NCBI RefSeq assembly: GCF_009914755.1
Contig: NC_060934.1
From: the human T2T-CHM13v2.0 reference genome, Homo sapiens
DNA length: 64,000 nt
Strand: one strand, 5' to 3'
The notes beneath the pieces were generated by a model. The model saw nothing but the letters and a program-made list of their open reading frames with translations, made no database searches and was not told where the DNA came from. Of this stretch, positions 39,217 to 50,535 are shown piece by piece; positions within the stretch are counted from its first letter, which is position 1; each line of letters opens with the position of its first letter. Made by a program: the position numbers and the translations under genes.

Positions 39217-40399
39217 AGATGCAAATATTTATAGAACATTTTATTTGCTTTATAAGGTAGTTCACTAAAGGTTTTCCCTAAGTAGAAAATCCCCTCCTAT
39301 TAAGATCTGATTTATTTTTTAAAAATTGGACACTATTTTTGGGAACAAAATGATTACGAAAATGAGGAATAGGCACAATGATGATCTGAGAGGTGAAGTA
39401 AACAGAAAGTCATAATTATGAGTTTGCTGAGTGTCAGGTTTTCAAGCTTTTTAGTTGTGTTGGCCATGACTAAACACTATTCTTTCTTGCATAAGAGTTT
39501 GAAGGAAGAGGTAAAACCCAAAAAGAGTCCCAAAGGGGATTCAATGGATAGACTAGGAAGGTGCTTGGAAAATTTGCAAATGATTTGGGGATGTGGTTAG
39601 GAAGGAGTATAGAAAACAAGGAGAAAGGAGAAGAGGGTGGAGAATTACATAGAAGACTACAACTTGATAAACTGCCACAAAAAGATAATGGTCTATGCCA
39701 TAAATGATGCATTTGAAGCCAATTTTAATTTTCTTTCCATAGCTTCTTTTAAAAGTTGTAGTTCGTTACCTTTAAGCATAATTCCAGATTTTTAAAACTA
39801 TCTCTATAAGGCTTTATTTAAATTCCACGAGAGCCAGTCCAGGAAGAAGAATCAAGCAGGATTCTTTAGTTCTAGTAATGACTTCCTCAATTCCCCACTG
39901 ATTCACTTAGAGCTTTCTTTATTATTCCATTTTATTTTATTTTATTTTATTCTTTTGAGCAGCCATATCTGGAACAGAAAGCTTTTTCTAGGCCCCAAAT
40001 ATTTAGTGGCTGTGATATAATTCCTATTAAATGTTAAATGCTCACTGAACCCTTTCTTCTCAGCTTTCAGAGTAAATTATGACCACCCACATGTTCTGGG
40101 ACCAAGTGTTTTTTGACTCGCAGCAGGATGATAGAGAAGTTGTCCATGCTTGATTTATTTCACAGCCCAGCAAGGCCACAGGTGCCTCACCTTAGTATTG
40201 CTAATTCCAATCACGCTGCAAAGCCGTGGACTGGGTGTCAGTCTTGCTTATTAAAGAGAGCCAGAGCATTCCTAATACAAGCCGAGGGGAGCAGCTTTAG
40301 AGAATTGTAGGACACAGGGAAAGTCAGCTCTGGTGCTCTCATACCTACCTTTATTTCCTGAGGTTTTGTCTTAAATACATTTCCCCTCTTGCCTTACTT

Positions 40400-40640
40400 C
40401 TCCCTCCACTAGGGAGTGCTTACTGTGCTTTGAGGTTCATTTCAAAGAGTGCTTTCTCTGAGATGTCAGCAATCCACCCCAGCGTAATTACACAGTCCCC
40501 TGGGTCATTCTACAGTTTTCACACATCTTTCTGGTGTGTGGTAGCAGTGGCCTCATTGTTTTTTGTTGTTTGCGTTTCTGTATTTCCAATTCCTAGCACA
40601 GTGCCTCTCAGGTGGTGTCTATTCAATGAAATGTTGAGTG
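40400..40640 (+). mobile_element. L2 3' fragment
   Basis: ctgtatttccaattcctagcacagtgcct...gtgtctattcaatgaaatgttgagtg. Confidence 0.55.
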
Positions 40641-40764
40641 TGCCTCTTCATCCATGTTTCGCATACACAACAGAGATCTCCACATGCCCTTTGACCTGAC
40701 CTAGGTCAATGTGTACATGGCATGAGCATGCAAGTTTCAACTTTTCATCCAGATGCATTGGTGC

Positions 40765-40960
40765 TCTATAGGCAGAGCCCAAATCACTTATACAAGGACA
40801 GAATGGTCTAGAGTTAGACCTGGATTCAAGTCCCACCTCTTTCTTTTGCCATTTAACCTTGGACAAGCACTCTCCTATCTAAGGCTGTTTCCTCTTCTGG
40901 GACAGAAACAGCACCTGTCATGAGCTTGATGAAATAATGCATGTAATATGCATGATCTCA
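40765..40960 (+). mobile_element. MIR SINE
   Basis: gagttagacctggattcaagtccc...accttggacaag. Confidence 0.6.
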
Positions 40961-41589
40961 TGACCAGGACTTAACATGAGAGTCATGGAACCTGGACCTG
41001 AATTCTTTCCCCTCTTAAAATGTGCCCCCAGAACACACACAAATGACTATTTTTGTAATGTGTATTTCAAGCTATTTGCTCTTCTACCCAGATTATCCAG
41101 CTAATCTGCTTTTAGCTCAGTTCTAAAAATGGTTGTCAAATATCATGTTTCCTCTCATTTTTATTCAGTCCGTGAAGTTTGCACTAGTCTTAAGAACAGT
41201 TGACCAGCAATGCCTCTCTCTGTACAATGAATCTGTCTCCCTAATGTATGAAGGGTCCTATCATTCATGGCTTGGGGGCTACTGGCTTCCATTGAATATA
41301 ATGCTCTTTTCCCAGGGCCAGTGTCAGGGGCTTACTCTAAGTGTGGCCCATCTTCTCTTGGTCTGTTGTGATTTGAGCCATCTGGTGACCTTAAAGAAAA
41401 ATGGCAGAGTAACGATGGATCTAGGTGAACCCATCACTGACACTGAACAAAAACACCACGGAATAAAAGCCAGAACACAGCAGTAGCAGCATCGTCAGCA
41501 TCAAGAGTGTGTCTTCCTGAGCGAAGGATTAGGATGGTTCCTCTTTACAGGAAAAAGTTTAGAGTCATAAAATGCCAGATTGTTGAAAC

Positions 41590-41745
41590 CAGAAAAGAAA
41601 TCTGTTGATCTCAGGAGTCCTTCCCCCAACTTTGCAGATAATAAAATTGAGAACCAGAGAGGAATGGAAGTAGCTTTCCTAAGACCACCCAGCGAATTAG
41701 TGGGAGAAACAGGAAAATGGAATCTAGAGCTCATGACTCCCCCGG
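41590..41745 (-). mobile_element. MIR fragment
   Basis: ctttgcagataataaaattgagaaccagagagg. Confidence 0.55.
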
Positions 41746-41810
41746 TCATTGTTTTTCCCCAGAATTTATGGCTCTTTGGCCTAAATCAAAATTATTTTGA
41801 GATCCCCTGT

Positions 41811-42223
41811 TGTATTAGTCTTTTCTTGTACTGCTATAAAGAAATACTTGAGACTGGGCAATTTATAAAGAAAAGAGGTTTGCTCACAGTTTTGTAGGCT
41901 GTACAGGAAGCATGATTCCGCTATCTGCTAAGCTTCTAGGGAGGCCTCAGGAAACTTACAATCATGGTAGAAAGCAAAGGGGGCATGAACACCTCACATG
42001 GCTGGTGCAGGAGGAAGGGGGGAGAGATGCTACATGCTTTTAAACAAACAAATCTCATGATAACACACTAACTATCATGAGAACGGCACCGAGAGGATGG
42101 TGCTAAACCATTCGTGAGAACTCTGCCCCCATGATCCAATCACCTCCCACCAGGCCCCACCTCCAACACTGGGAATTACAATTAAACATGAGATTTGGTG
42201 GGGACACAGATCAAACCATATAA
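41811..42223 (-). mobile_element. MST (MSTA/B) MaLR solo LTR
   Basis: tgtattagtc...gggacacagatcaaaccata. TSD cctgt/cccat. Confidence 0.92.
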
Positions 42224-42834
42224 CCCATAGACCTGGATGTCTATGAACACCAGAAGTGAAGGGAAATCAAATTTAGACATTTCTCTTCCTTCTCTAAACT
42301 CTGGTTCACTACTTGATCTTTCTTTCTCTTAGACACTTGGTCTGCCTATGCTCTGGTTTCTAGTTAGGGGAAATGCCATGACTCCTTTCAAGATGTTTTG
42401 TCTCCCCTAAGAACCTCAATGTCCTTGGTGTCTGCCCCACAGACATTTACCATCAATGTTCCTAAATGTTAGCTCAAGGAGCAAGTAAAAAAATGTGTGA
42501 ATGAACATTGCTCTGACCTTGTTTCGAAATCAGCCCATCTGATTTACGTTAGTATTGCTCTCATATCCTATCTGACCTGAATAGAAATTATTTTATGCCT
42601 AATGCCTTTTTAAAACTAGTATTGAAATCTCGTACTTTTCTGGGAATTTGAAACAAGTAATGGTGGCCCTAAATTAAGTATAAGTGATGTGTAAATTTAG
42701 ATTTTTTATGATTACAAACAATTCTTAACATATCCCTTTTTCTTTGAAACCAAATTTATAAAGAGAGTCTATGCTTCTTATTTTTGAATGATTAAGACCT
42801 TTATCAACATTTGGATCTTGTTCGAAGTTAGGAA

Positions 42835-43090
42835 TATTATAGCTTAGCAGTTAAGAGAAAGGACTCTGAAATAAAGCTTACTCTGTTTAGATGCCTATGC
42901 AGCCTCTTACTTCCTGTGCATTCTTGGGAATCTATTTAAACTCTTCCCAAGCTTTAATATCCTCATCTGTGAAATGAAATAATAGGAGGTATTTCATAGG
43001 GTGATTGTGATAATTGATGCAAAGGATGGATGCAAAGTAGCTGGCTAATATCTGTCACATAGTAAATATGCAATAAATATTAGCTATGAT
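42835..43090 (+). mobile_element. MIR SINE
   Basis: gcagttaagagaaaggactctg...cctcatctgtgaaatg...caataaatattagctat. Confidence 0.75.
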
Positions 43091-43214
43091 GATGATCATA
43101 ATGATAAAACATATTAATATGTGTGTAGGAAAAAAAGTGCCATTGAATAGGAAACTTGTTCCTGAAAAGTTGTTCCCAGAGATTTCCGGCAATCTAATAA
43201 ATGATTTCCATCCT

Positions 43215-43800
43215 CGTATTGACTTTATGTCCCATCAGCTGAGGTGGAAATGTTTCTTAGAATTCCTTGCCATATCTGGTTCTGGGTTAGAGTGGGTCAC
43301 GAGAGGAATTTGCATATGATTTAGAAGCCGAGATAAAGTGGTGGCCATTGTGTACTGCAGGTCAGTGTAGAGGGCATCCGATGGCCTCTCACCTTGTTAC
43401 TGGCTCAGTTTATTGGCACAGGGTAGCAGATGAGCCCACACCTCCTGTAGTTCCCACCAGAGCTCCTCCACCAACTTCTCCAGGTCCTGGGGCAGGTACG
43501 TGTGCAACTCCATGGCAAGGGATGCCATCTCCTTCTGCTAGTGACTGTATCATCAGGTTACTGTGGTGAGTGGCAGACACACATTCCAGTTCGTGTTGTG
43601 GGTTCCAGTCTGTCCCTGTGTGATCTAGAGAGTGTCTGCAGTTTATGTCTTGTCCTTGATCTCTCCCTGTCTTCATGTCCAGCTTTTCTTCCTGACTTCA
43701 TTCCTGCCACCCCATAGTGACGTCAAACTTATCACCAGATGCAAAGTCAACAGCCTTTTTAGACTTTTTCACCTGCTCCTAGTTTTGTAGGTGACTATGT
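43215..43800 (+). mobile_element. MLT2F-like ERVL LTR, probable 5' LTR of a deleted provirus
   Basis: tttcttagaattcc...ggttagagtgggtcacgagaggaatttgcatatgatttagaag resembles recalled MLT2F U3. Boundaries are uncertain. Confidence 0.5.
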
Positions 43801-43929
43801 AGTTTCTGCCATAGAATAGTTTAGTGAAAGTCAGGAACTTAATGGTTAGGTTGGTTAGCTGTAAGTGAATTGGGGTGGAAGTGTCTGCAGGTTCTTCCGG
43901 ACAACATAAAATGCTTAATGACAGGCCAC

Positions 43930-44790
43930 CAAAGGACCATGTGACCTGAGCAACCTATTACAAATTGGGTATTGTCTGACCCACTAAGCCATAAGTGGTA
44001 AAGGAAGATAGTTGTACCAGCTTGACTATGTGGCCCGCTGCAGAGACTATAATAGTTAAGAGTGTTTCTTCCTTATTTTGATAGACCTATGTTTGTGTGC
44101 ATATTAACTGTTTTCTTCTCTCCTTCCTCATTCCCTTACCATCTTACCTAAGATGTATTAATAGTGGTTAACTTTTTTTTTTTTTTTGATACAGGCTTTC
44201 ACCCTGTCACCCAGGCTGGCAGGCTGGAGTTCAGTGGCACAATCATGACTCACTGCAGCCTTGACCTCCAAGCTCAGGTGATCCTCCTACTTCTGCCTCC
44301 TGGGTGGCTGGGGCTACAGATTTGTGGCGTCAAGACCAGCTAATTTTTGGGTGTTTTTGTTTGTTTGTTTGTTTGTTTTTTTGTAGAGATGGGGTTTTGC
44401 CATGTTGCCCAGGCTGGTCTTGAACTCCTGGGCTCAAGCAATCCACCCACCTCAGCCTCGCAAAGTGCCGGGATTACAGACATGAACTACTGCACCTGGG
44501 CTAATAGTAGTTAATCTTGTATCTCAGTATTTAAGTTTTAGATATTCACAAGGGGAGTTTGACTCAGCCAAATGAGGAATGAATGTGACCCAAAGATGGA
44601 TAAAGGGTCTCTGTGTCTTTTGGGAAGTGTGTTTTCAGGTATACATGTGAGGAGGAAGAATGATTTTGCTGCCTTTTTTATTTGGAAGTTAAGTACGGCT
44701 AACAGAGGTGTGTTTAGATGCCAAGTTGACAAGGGCTGGACTGTGGTAGCTTTATTATCTGTCAGTTTTTCTAAACTAAACCTTTCAAGA
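43930..44790 (+). mobile_element. ERVL internal remnant (short pol-like piece, 3' region, PPT) and start of the 3' LTR at 44742
   Basis: accatgtgacctgagc...ttgtctgacccactaagccataag is ERVL pol-like. gatgccaagttgacaagggctggac|tgtggtagcttt is the ERVL PPT/LTR junction. Confidence 0.7.
44173..44501 (-). mobile_element. Alu SINE (AluJ) with (TTTG)n in the linker
   Basis: cactgcagccttgacctcc and ctcctgggctcaagcaatcc are J diagnostics. TSD taatagtggttaa / taatagtagttaa. Confidence 0.93.
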
Positions 44791-45929
44791 AACAAGATAA
44801 AATTATTCAGCATTAAGCTGCTGCAGGTGACTTTGCAATTTAAATGAACAAATAAAATGAAACTTTGAAAAGAACGTCACTAGTATTTTGCTGAGTCTAC
44901 CATCTATTCCATCTGTTAGGAAAAGGAAAACTCTTAATTCTGATTAATAGGTACCCAGAAGATGAAATGAAACCTGGTCAGTTAAATTTTGACAAAGGAA
45001 ATTGGTTTCTGCAGGTTGTGGATTGAATGGAGAATTGTTTCAGAAATCTTGGAAAACCAGTGAAGCCAACCTGATTCCTTCTGGTTAGAAGGCTGAACTG
45101 AAAACAGTTTAATATCCAGCTATTGGAAGCAAAGTCAGGGCTGTAGCTGAAACTCAAGTCTAGCAATGACCATGGCACAGAATGGAAAATGTGCAAAGGA
45201 AACTCCTCTCCTCCTTGGCGGGTTGGGCTTTCCTGGGTCCTCTAGGGAGGGGGCTCTAGGAGCCCTCCTGATCCTTCCCCTTGAGGATGGAAAGTCAAAA
45301 GAAGTTGAAAGTATTCACTAGACATTTTTCCTCTCTACAGCATCTTCTATAGAGACAGCTTTATGAAGTCTTCCTTCTGGTAAGCCTCAGGGAAACTTGA
45401 TCATAAATGCAACAATTCATGTGCAAAACAACTTGCTCTGGGGCATTTTGCCTGCCTTCTCCAGCTGTTGCTCATCTTGAAGGGTCTGTTTAGCAGGTAC
45501 CATCTGCTGGCTCCCAATGCCTTTTTGTCATCTGTGCCCTAAGACTTTCACAATCTCAAAGCCAACCAGAAGTAGGTGTCACTTATTTGTACTGAGCCCA
45601 GGAGACAGCTGGACTCCAGTAGTTCCCAATGATCAAAGCATTTCAATATATTTTGATTCGTACGAGGTCTCATGATGTTACTTTTCATCAAGCTGCATAG
45701 ACCCGGATGATAAACATAGCAAAGGTGTAATTGTTTTCTATAATCTAAATTTGAAAAATGATCAAATGGTGAGCCCAGAAATACAATGGGGCAAGCTTAG
45801 TCTAACTGACATTCTTACCAACAAGTAATGTCTGGAAACCAATCAACTGAATATACAAACTGACCAGAAACTCCCCCACTGCCTTCTGTTTCATTCATTT
45901 AACAAACTTAAATAGTACTTCTCATGTGG

Positions 45930-46125
45930 AGCTACCGTTCTGCTTAACAAATACTCTTCCCTTTAATCCTCACAACAGCTCTAAGGATTAAATAGTAACA
46001 TGGTTGCATTTTACAGATGAGAAAACTGAAATCCAGAGAGGTTAATAAACTTGCCCACGGTCATACAGCTAGTAAGTGGTAAATCTGAATTTAAACCCAG
46101 GCTGTCTGATTCCAGAATTCATGTT
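45930..46125 (-). mobile_element. MIR SINE
   Basis: tttaatcctcacaac...ttttacagatgagaaaactga...tttaaacccaggctgtctgattccaga. Confidence 0.85.
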
Positions 46126-46269
46126 TTATGGATGAGGAAAATCTTAACAAAAGAACATATCAAGAAAACAGAAAAATACTTCAAAAATAAGCTATTGTTT
46201 GGGAGGAGTTCACTTCCATCCATTTCCTTTACCAGCTATGGTACCATCATCTATGGTATTGATAATTAA

Positions 46270-46460
46270 ATACTATTATTATGTTAGCCAGTATTGATTG
46301 AACCTCTACTATATTTCAAGAATTACGATGTTTTTCCATGCACTTGCTCACGTGACAACAGCTGAGGTGTTTATCATCTTTATCCCTCTTTCACAGATTG
46401 TAAAACTAAGCCTCAGGGAAAGATGATAATTTGCCCAAAGTTACACAGACTTCCCAAGAA
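46270..46460 (-). mobile_element. MIR SINE
   Basis: tttcacagattgtaaaactaagcctcagggaaag...ttgcccaaagttacacag. Confidence 0.7.
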
Positions 46461-46912
46461 GTATGAAGGGTCATGGTTGTAGCCCTTGCCATACACATAA
46501 ACTCTGCATGAAATTGAAGAAAAAGTGTAGTCCTAAACTTTCGTACATATCTGAGACAAATGTTAGAAAGAGAAGGGCTGTTGGTCCCTGCAAGAAGCAC
46601 CAACTAGAATGGTGGCCTCATGAGAGGAGCAAGCTCCATTCCACTGAGAAGCAGGCTCTGGACATTTACAGGGTCCGGGGTCTCCAATGGAGCATGGGTC
46701 TAAGGGGTGGGGAGCCATCACGTCTGCACATCACCACCTGCATTCTTGGCTGAAGTGGTTGGAAGTGGTGTCATCATTTATTTATTCATTAGTCCATTCA
46801 TCGATTCATTTGAGATTTATGGAGCACCTGTCATAGAGCACCAGGCAAGGTATCAGGCATTGTCGGTACCTGCCTGTACATCTCTTTTGAGGATTGAATT
46901 AGATAATGCAGG

Positions 46913-47336
46913 TGTATTAGTCCCTTACTGCATTGCTATAAAGAAATACCTGAGACTGGGTAATTTGTAAAGAAAAGAGGTTTAATTGACTCACAGTTCC
47001 GCAGGTTGTACAGAACTCATAGCAGCATCTGCTCAGCTTCTGGGAGGCCTCAGGAAACTTACAATCATGGGGAAGGTGAAGCAAGAACAGGCATGTCTCA
47101 TGACAAAAGCAGAAGGAAGAGAGAGTGAGGGGGAAGGCACTACACACTTTTAAATGACCAGATCTCTCGACAACTCACTCACTATCTCGAGGACACTACC
47201 AAAGGGGAAGGTGCTAGACCATTCTTGAGAACTCCGTCCCCGTGGTCCAATCACCTCCCAACATGCCCCACCTCCCACACTGGGCATTACATTTCAATAT
47301 GAGATTTGGGCAGGGACACACATCCAAGCTATATCA
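46913..47336 (-). mobile_element. MST (MSTA/B) MaLR solo LTR inserted in a MIR 3' fragment
   Basis: tgtattagtccc...catccaagctatatca. TSD gcagg/gcagt. Confidence 0.92.
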
Positions 47337-47609
47337 GCAGTTAAAAGGCTTTATGTAGCACTTGGCCCATTGTAAGTGCTCAGAATATTTACCCATTAGA
47401 AGTGCCTAGAGGGAGTTTCCAAATTACACATGTTCTAGGTCCAAACAGTATTAAACACCAACTGGAACTTAAAGACCCAGTCACAACAATTCCTCCAGAG
47501 GCAGGTACTATGATCATCTCCCTTTCACAGGTAATTAAACAGAGGCAAAAAGAGGTCAAGTAACTTTCCCAGTGTTACACAGCTTAAGGAAGGACACACT
47601 CCCATAGCT

Positions 47610-47940
47610 GATTGATGCAGGGCAGAGATACCCTTCTCAGCCTCGCCAATCCTGCAACTCCTGGGAAATGTGAAATTACATGGAGATTCACAAATAGATG
47701 AGGGTGATGAAGCTGAGTTACCCTGAAACTCTTAGAACTTAGTAGAAGGTTCCTGAACCTTGGCTGCTGCCTTTCCTGGAGTTGCCTCTGGTTCTGTCCT
47801 TCCCAAGCCCTGACTGCTCAGTCCCATCTTTGCATCCATAAGCTCCCTACTGTCCTTCTAGAAACTCTCCCCCTTTTGTTTCTCAAGTTAGCCAGAATCA
47901 GATCCTTTCTTTGCAACCACAGTAATCTTGATAAGTATAC
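47610..47940 (+). mobile_element. Ancient ERVL LTR (LTR16-like) fragment
   Basis: 3' end caagttagccagaatcag...ttgcaaccac. Confidence 0.5.
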
Positions 47941-48532
47941 CTCTGTTGAATTAGAAATTTGGAGGGATGTTTTATGTTTGGAAAAGGTGGCCGGAATGGC
48001 TCTGCACCATAGTTAAAAAACACTGCCCAAAATGATTGAGAAACTCTACCTTATGAATATTTAAAGACTTTTAACTGAAATACAACATCTCTGTATAAAT
48101 GGAGTCCAACTAATTATTTGTAATGAAAATATGTTGGCCTCACTTACAAATGTTCTGCATCTGTACTTTGGTTGCAAGCAATGGACATAATTTCATTTAT
48201 GTGACTCTGTCCTTCTTAGAAGGGATGCTCTTTGAGTCAACAGAATTTAGCCTGGCTGTGGCCTGACCATCACAGATCGTAGTCCAATCACCACAAAGCA
48301 AAGCAGGCCTTAATGACACTTATTTAGAAATAAGATTTATTGGCTTCAGGAGGAGCTGCTATGGCAAAATAATGCTTTGAGGTTAAAAATAAAACCTGGG
48401 GTTCCAGGAGATAATTTAGTAATGCACTACATAGAATATATGCAGATAATTAAATGTGTAGCCTAGTAATGCATTGTGTGGGTAGATTTCTGTACCTTAA
48501 AAAATATAGCAGTGCTGGATTATATGGATGGT

Positions 48533-48905
48533 GTGTCAGAATCATTTATTCTTCAACATCCATTGCATTGCCCTTACTCCATCACATGCTTCCCAGCCTC
48601 CTGGCAGTTAGGTCCTAAATGGAAGTGATTGGTGTTTCTTCAGGGCTGGAGCACTTAAAAGCTGGTAGGCAGTCCTCCATCTCTCCTATACCCTGCCTTA
48701 GCCACCTGGAAGCCATGTGCTAAGATGTCAATGTCATATGATAGAATAGTCTGGATTGCTGAGCCACTACAGAAATAAGAATCAGCAGTCCATGAAAGAC
48801 TTTGCAGAAGCAAATTGCAAACGTTTAGGTGTCAAGCCATTGAGAATTTGGAGAACATTGAAAAATGTTTATTATTTGGACCACTGCCTGTTATCCTGAA
48901 TAATA
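48533..48905 (+). mobile_element. MLT1I/J-like MaLR LTR
   Basis: cttcccagcctcctggcagttagg...ggaagtga...gtgtcaagccattgagaattt...tatcctgaataata. Confidence 0.65.
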
Positions 48906-48925
48906 TGGTAGACAATCCTATTTTC

Positions 48926-49148
48926 TAGGTGTCAAAACCTTGGTACTATTGATATTTTAGGACAAATAATTCTTTGTTGAGGGGAGATATCTGTCCTGTG
49001 CATTGTAGGATATAGCAACATCTCTGGCTTCTAACCACTAGATGCCAATAACGTACTCCCTCCCCAACCAGTTGTCATAACCAAAAATGTTTCCAGACGT
49101 TGGCACATGTCTCTCGAGGAAAAATTACCCCTAATTAAGAATCACTGC
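48926..49148. mobile_element. MER20 hAT-Charlie element
   Basis: ggtactattgatattttaggacaaataattctttgttg...ccactagatgcca...accaaaaatgtttccagac...aagaatcactg. Confidence 0.9.
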
Positions 49149-49230
49149 TCTGGATAAATGAGTGAGTTTTGTATTTATTGTATTGTTTCTACTATCTCCT
49201 TCACTGTACTGGGTAAGAGATTAATATTAC

Positions 49231-49638
49231 TGAGGCAGGAGGATAGGGTCTGGAGGCAGGGAACATAAGGCTGATTCATGCTGACTTCCTAGAACTAAAT
49301 CAAATGGAACCACTTCAGCCATGACAGGAAATATCCTCTCCATTTACATAGGGCATACACCAAGTAAATAATTTTGTAACTTTACTTCACCCCCTTCATT
49401 TACATAAGGCATACACCAAGTAACCAATGGAAACCTCTAGAGGGTATTTGAACCCCAGAAAATTCTGTAACAGGACTCTTGAGCCTCCATGCTCGGGCCC
49501 ACTCCCACTCTTTGGAGTGTACTTCATTTTCAATAAATCTCTGCTTTTGTAGCTTCACTCTTTTCTTGCTTTGTTTGTGCATTTTGTCCAATTCTTTGTT
49601 CAAGATGCCAAGAACCTGGACACCCTTCACCAGTAACA
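49231..49638 (+). mobile_element. MER61-family ERV1 solo LTR
   Basis: tgaggcaggaggatagggtctggaggcagggaac...aagaacctggacacccttcaccagtaaca, with AATAAA at ~49532. TSD ttac/ttat. Confidence 0.85.
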
Positions 49639-49755
49639 TTATATCCTACTCCATGGGCATACCACAGAGAACACTAGATTCGGTCAAGAGACCTGGATGT
49701 AAAATTAAGAGCTTGGGCAAATCACAAGCCTGTTGCTGGGTCCTTTGGTTACATG

Positions 49756-50535
49756 TGTAAACCAAAAACCAAAATTCTAAGTCCTGCAACTGACTGAAGG
49801 GACCCTCTTCTCAGTCAAGGGGATCCAATGAAACCTGAAAAACTAGTTCAAACCATGGCAGGGATGGGAGGGGGTCAGATATGCCTCATTATACCTTCCC
49901 CTTGGAGTTCTGGCCAAAGATAGCAGGGCCCTGAAAGAAATCAAAGTATTTTACCCCAAAATATATTCCTTTGATATATTTTGAAATGGCCCTGCAAAGC
50001 TGTCTCTTGTGGGGGAAATTCTCTTTCTATAGAGAATCTTATGCCCTTTCCAGGTCTTTTTCTGATCCTGAAGAGTTTGGCTGAGAATCTGGCACCTTTT
50101 AAGGGTCTGAATAGGAAACATTTGTCATCTACTGCCTCTCGGTGTGGCCACCTAGGAGACTTCATCTACATAATAAGAACCTTGGTTTTCATAACCCCTT
50201 AACTTAACCCAGACACTCCTTGTATTGATTCCAAGTATTTAGATAATAACTTTTTCAACCAGTTGCCAATCAGAAAATCTTTGAATCTACCTATGACCTG
50301 TAGGCCCCCTGCTTCAAGTTGTCTGGCCTTTCCAGGCCAAACCAATGTATGCCTCACATGTATTGACTGATGTCTTACATCTCCCTAAAACCTATAAAAC
50401 CAAGCTATAACCTAACCACCTTGGGCACATATTCTCAGGATATCCTGAGGCTGTGTCATAGGTCATGGTCCATAACTTTGGCAAAATAAACTTCAAAATG
50501 GATTAAAACCTGTCTCAGATACTTTTTGGTTTACA
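49756..50535 (+). mobile_element. MER4 (MER4D/B-like) ERV1 solo LTR
   Basis: tgtaaaccaaaaaccaaaattctaag...tctcagatactttttggtttaca. TSD catg/caag. Confidence 0.88.

Noticed and set aside
40040-40185. Plus-strand acceptor (ctttcttctcagctttcag) as an exon
   Set aside because: No convincing donor nearby. Isolated acceptors are common.
41811-47336. Two co-oriented MST LTRs as the ends of one provirus
   Set aside because: Each has its own TSD, and the interval holds MIRs and ERVL remnants rather than MST-int.
49345-49425. p53 response elements in MER61
   Set aside because: The repeats read GGGCATACAC and AGGCATACAC, lacking the invariant G of RRRCWWGYYY.
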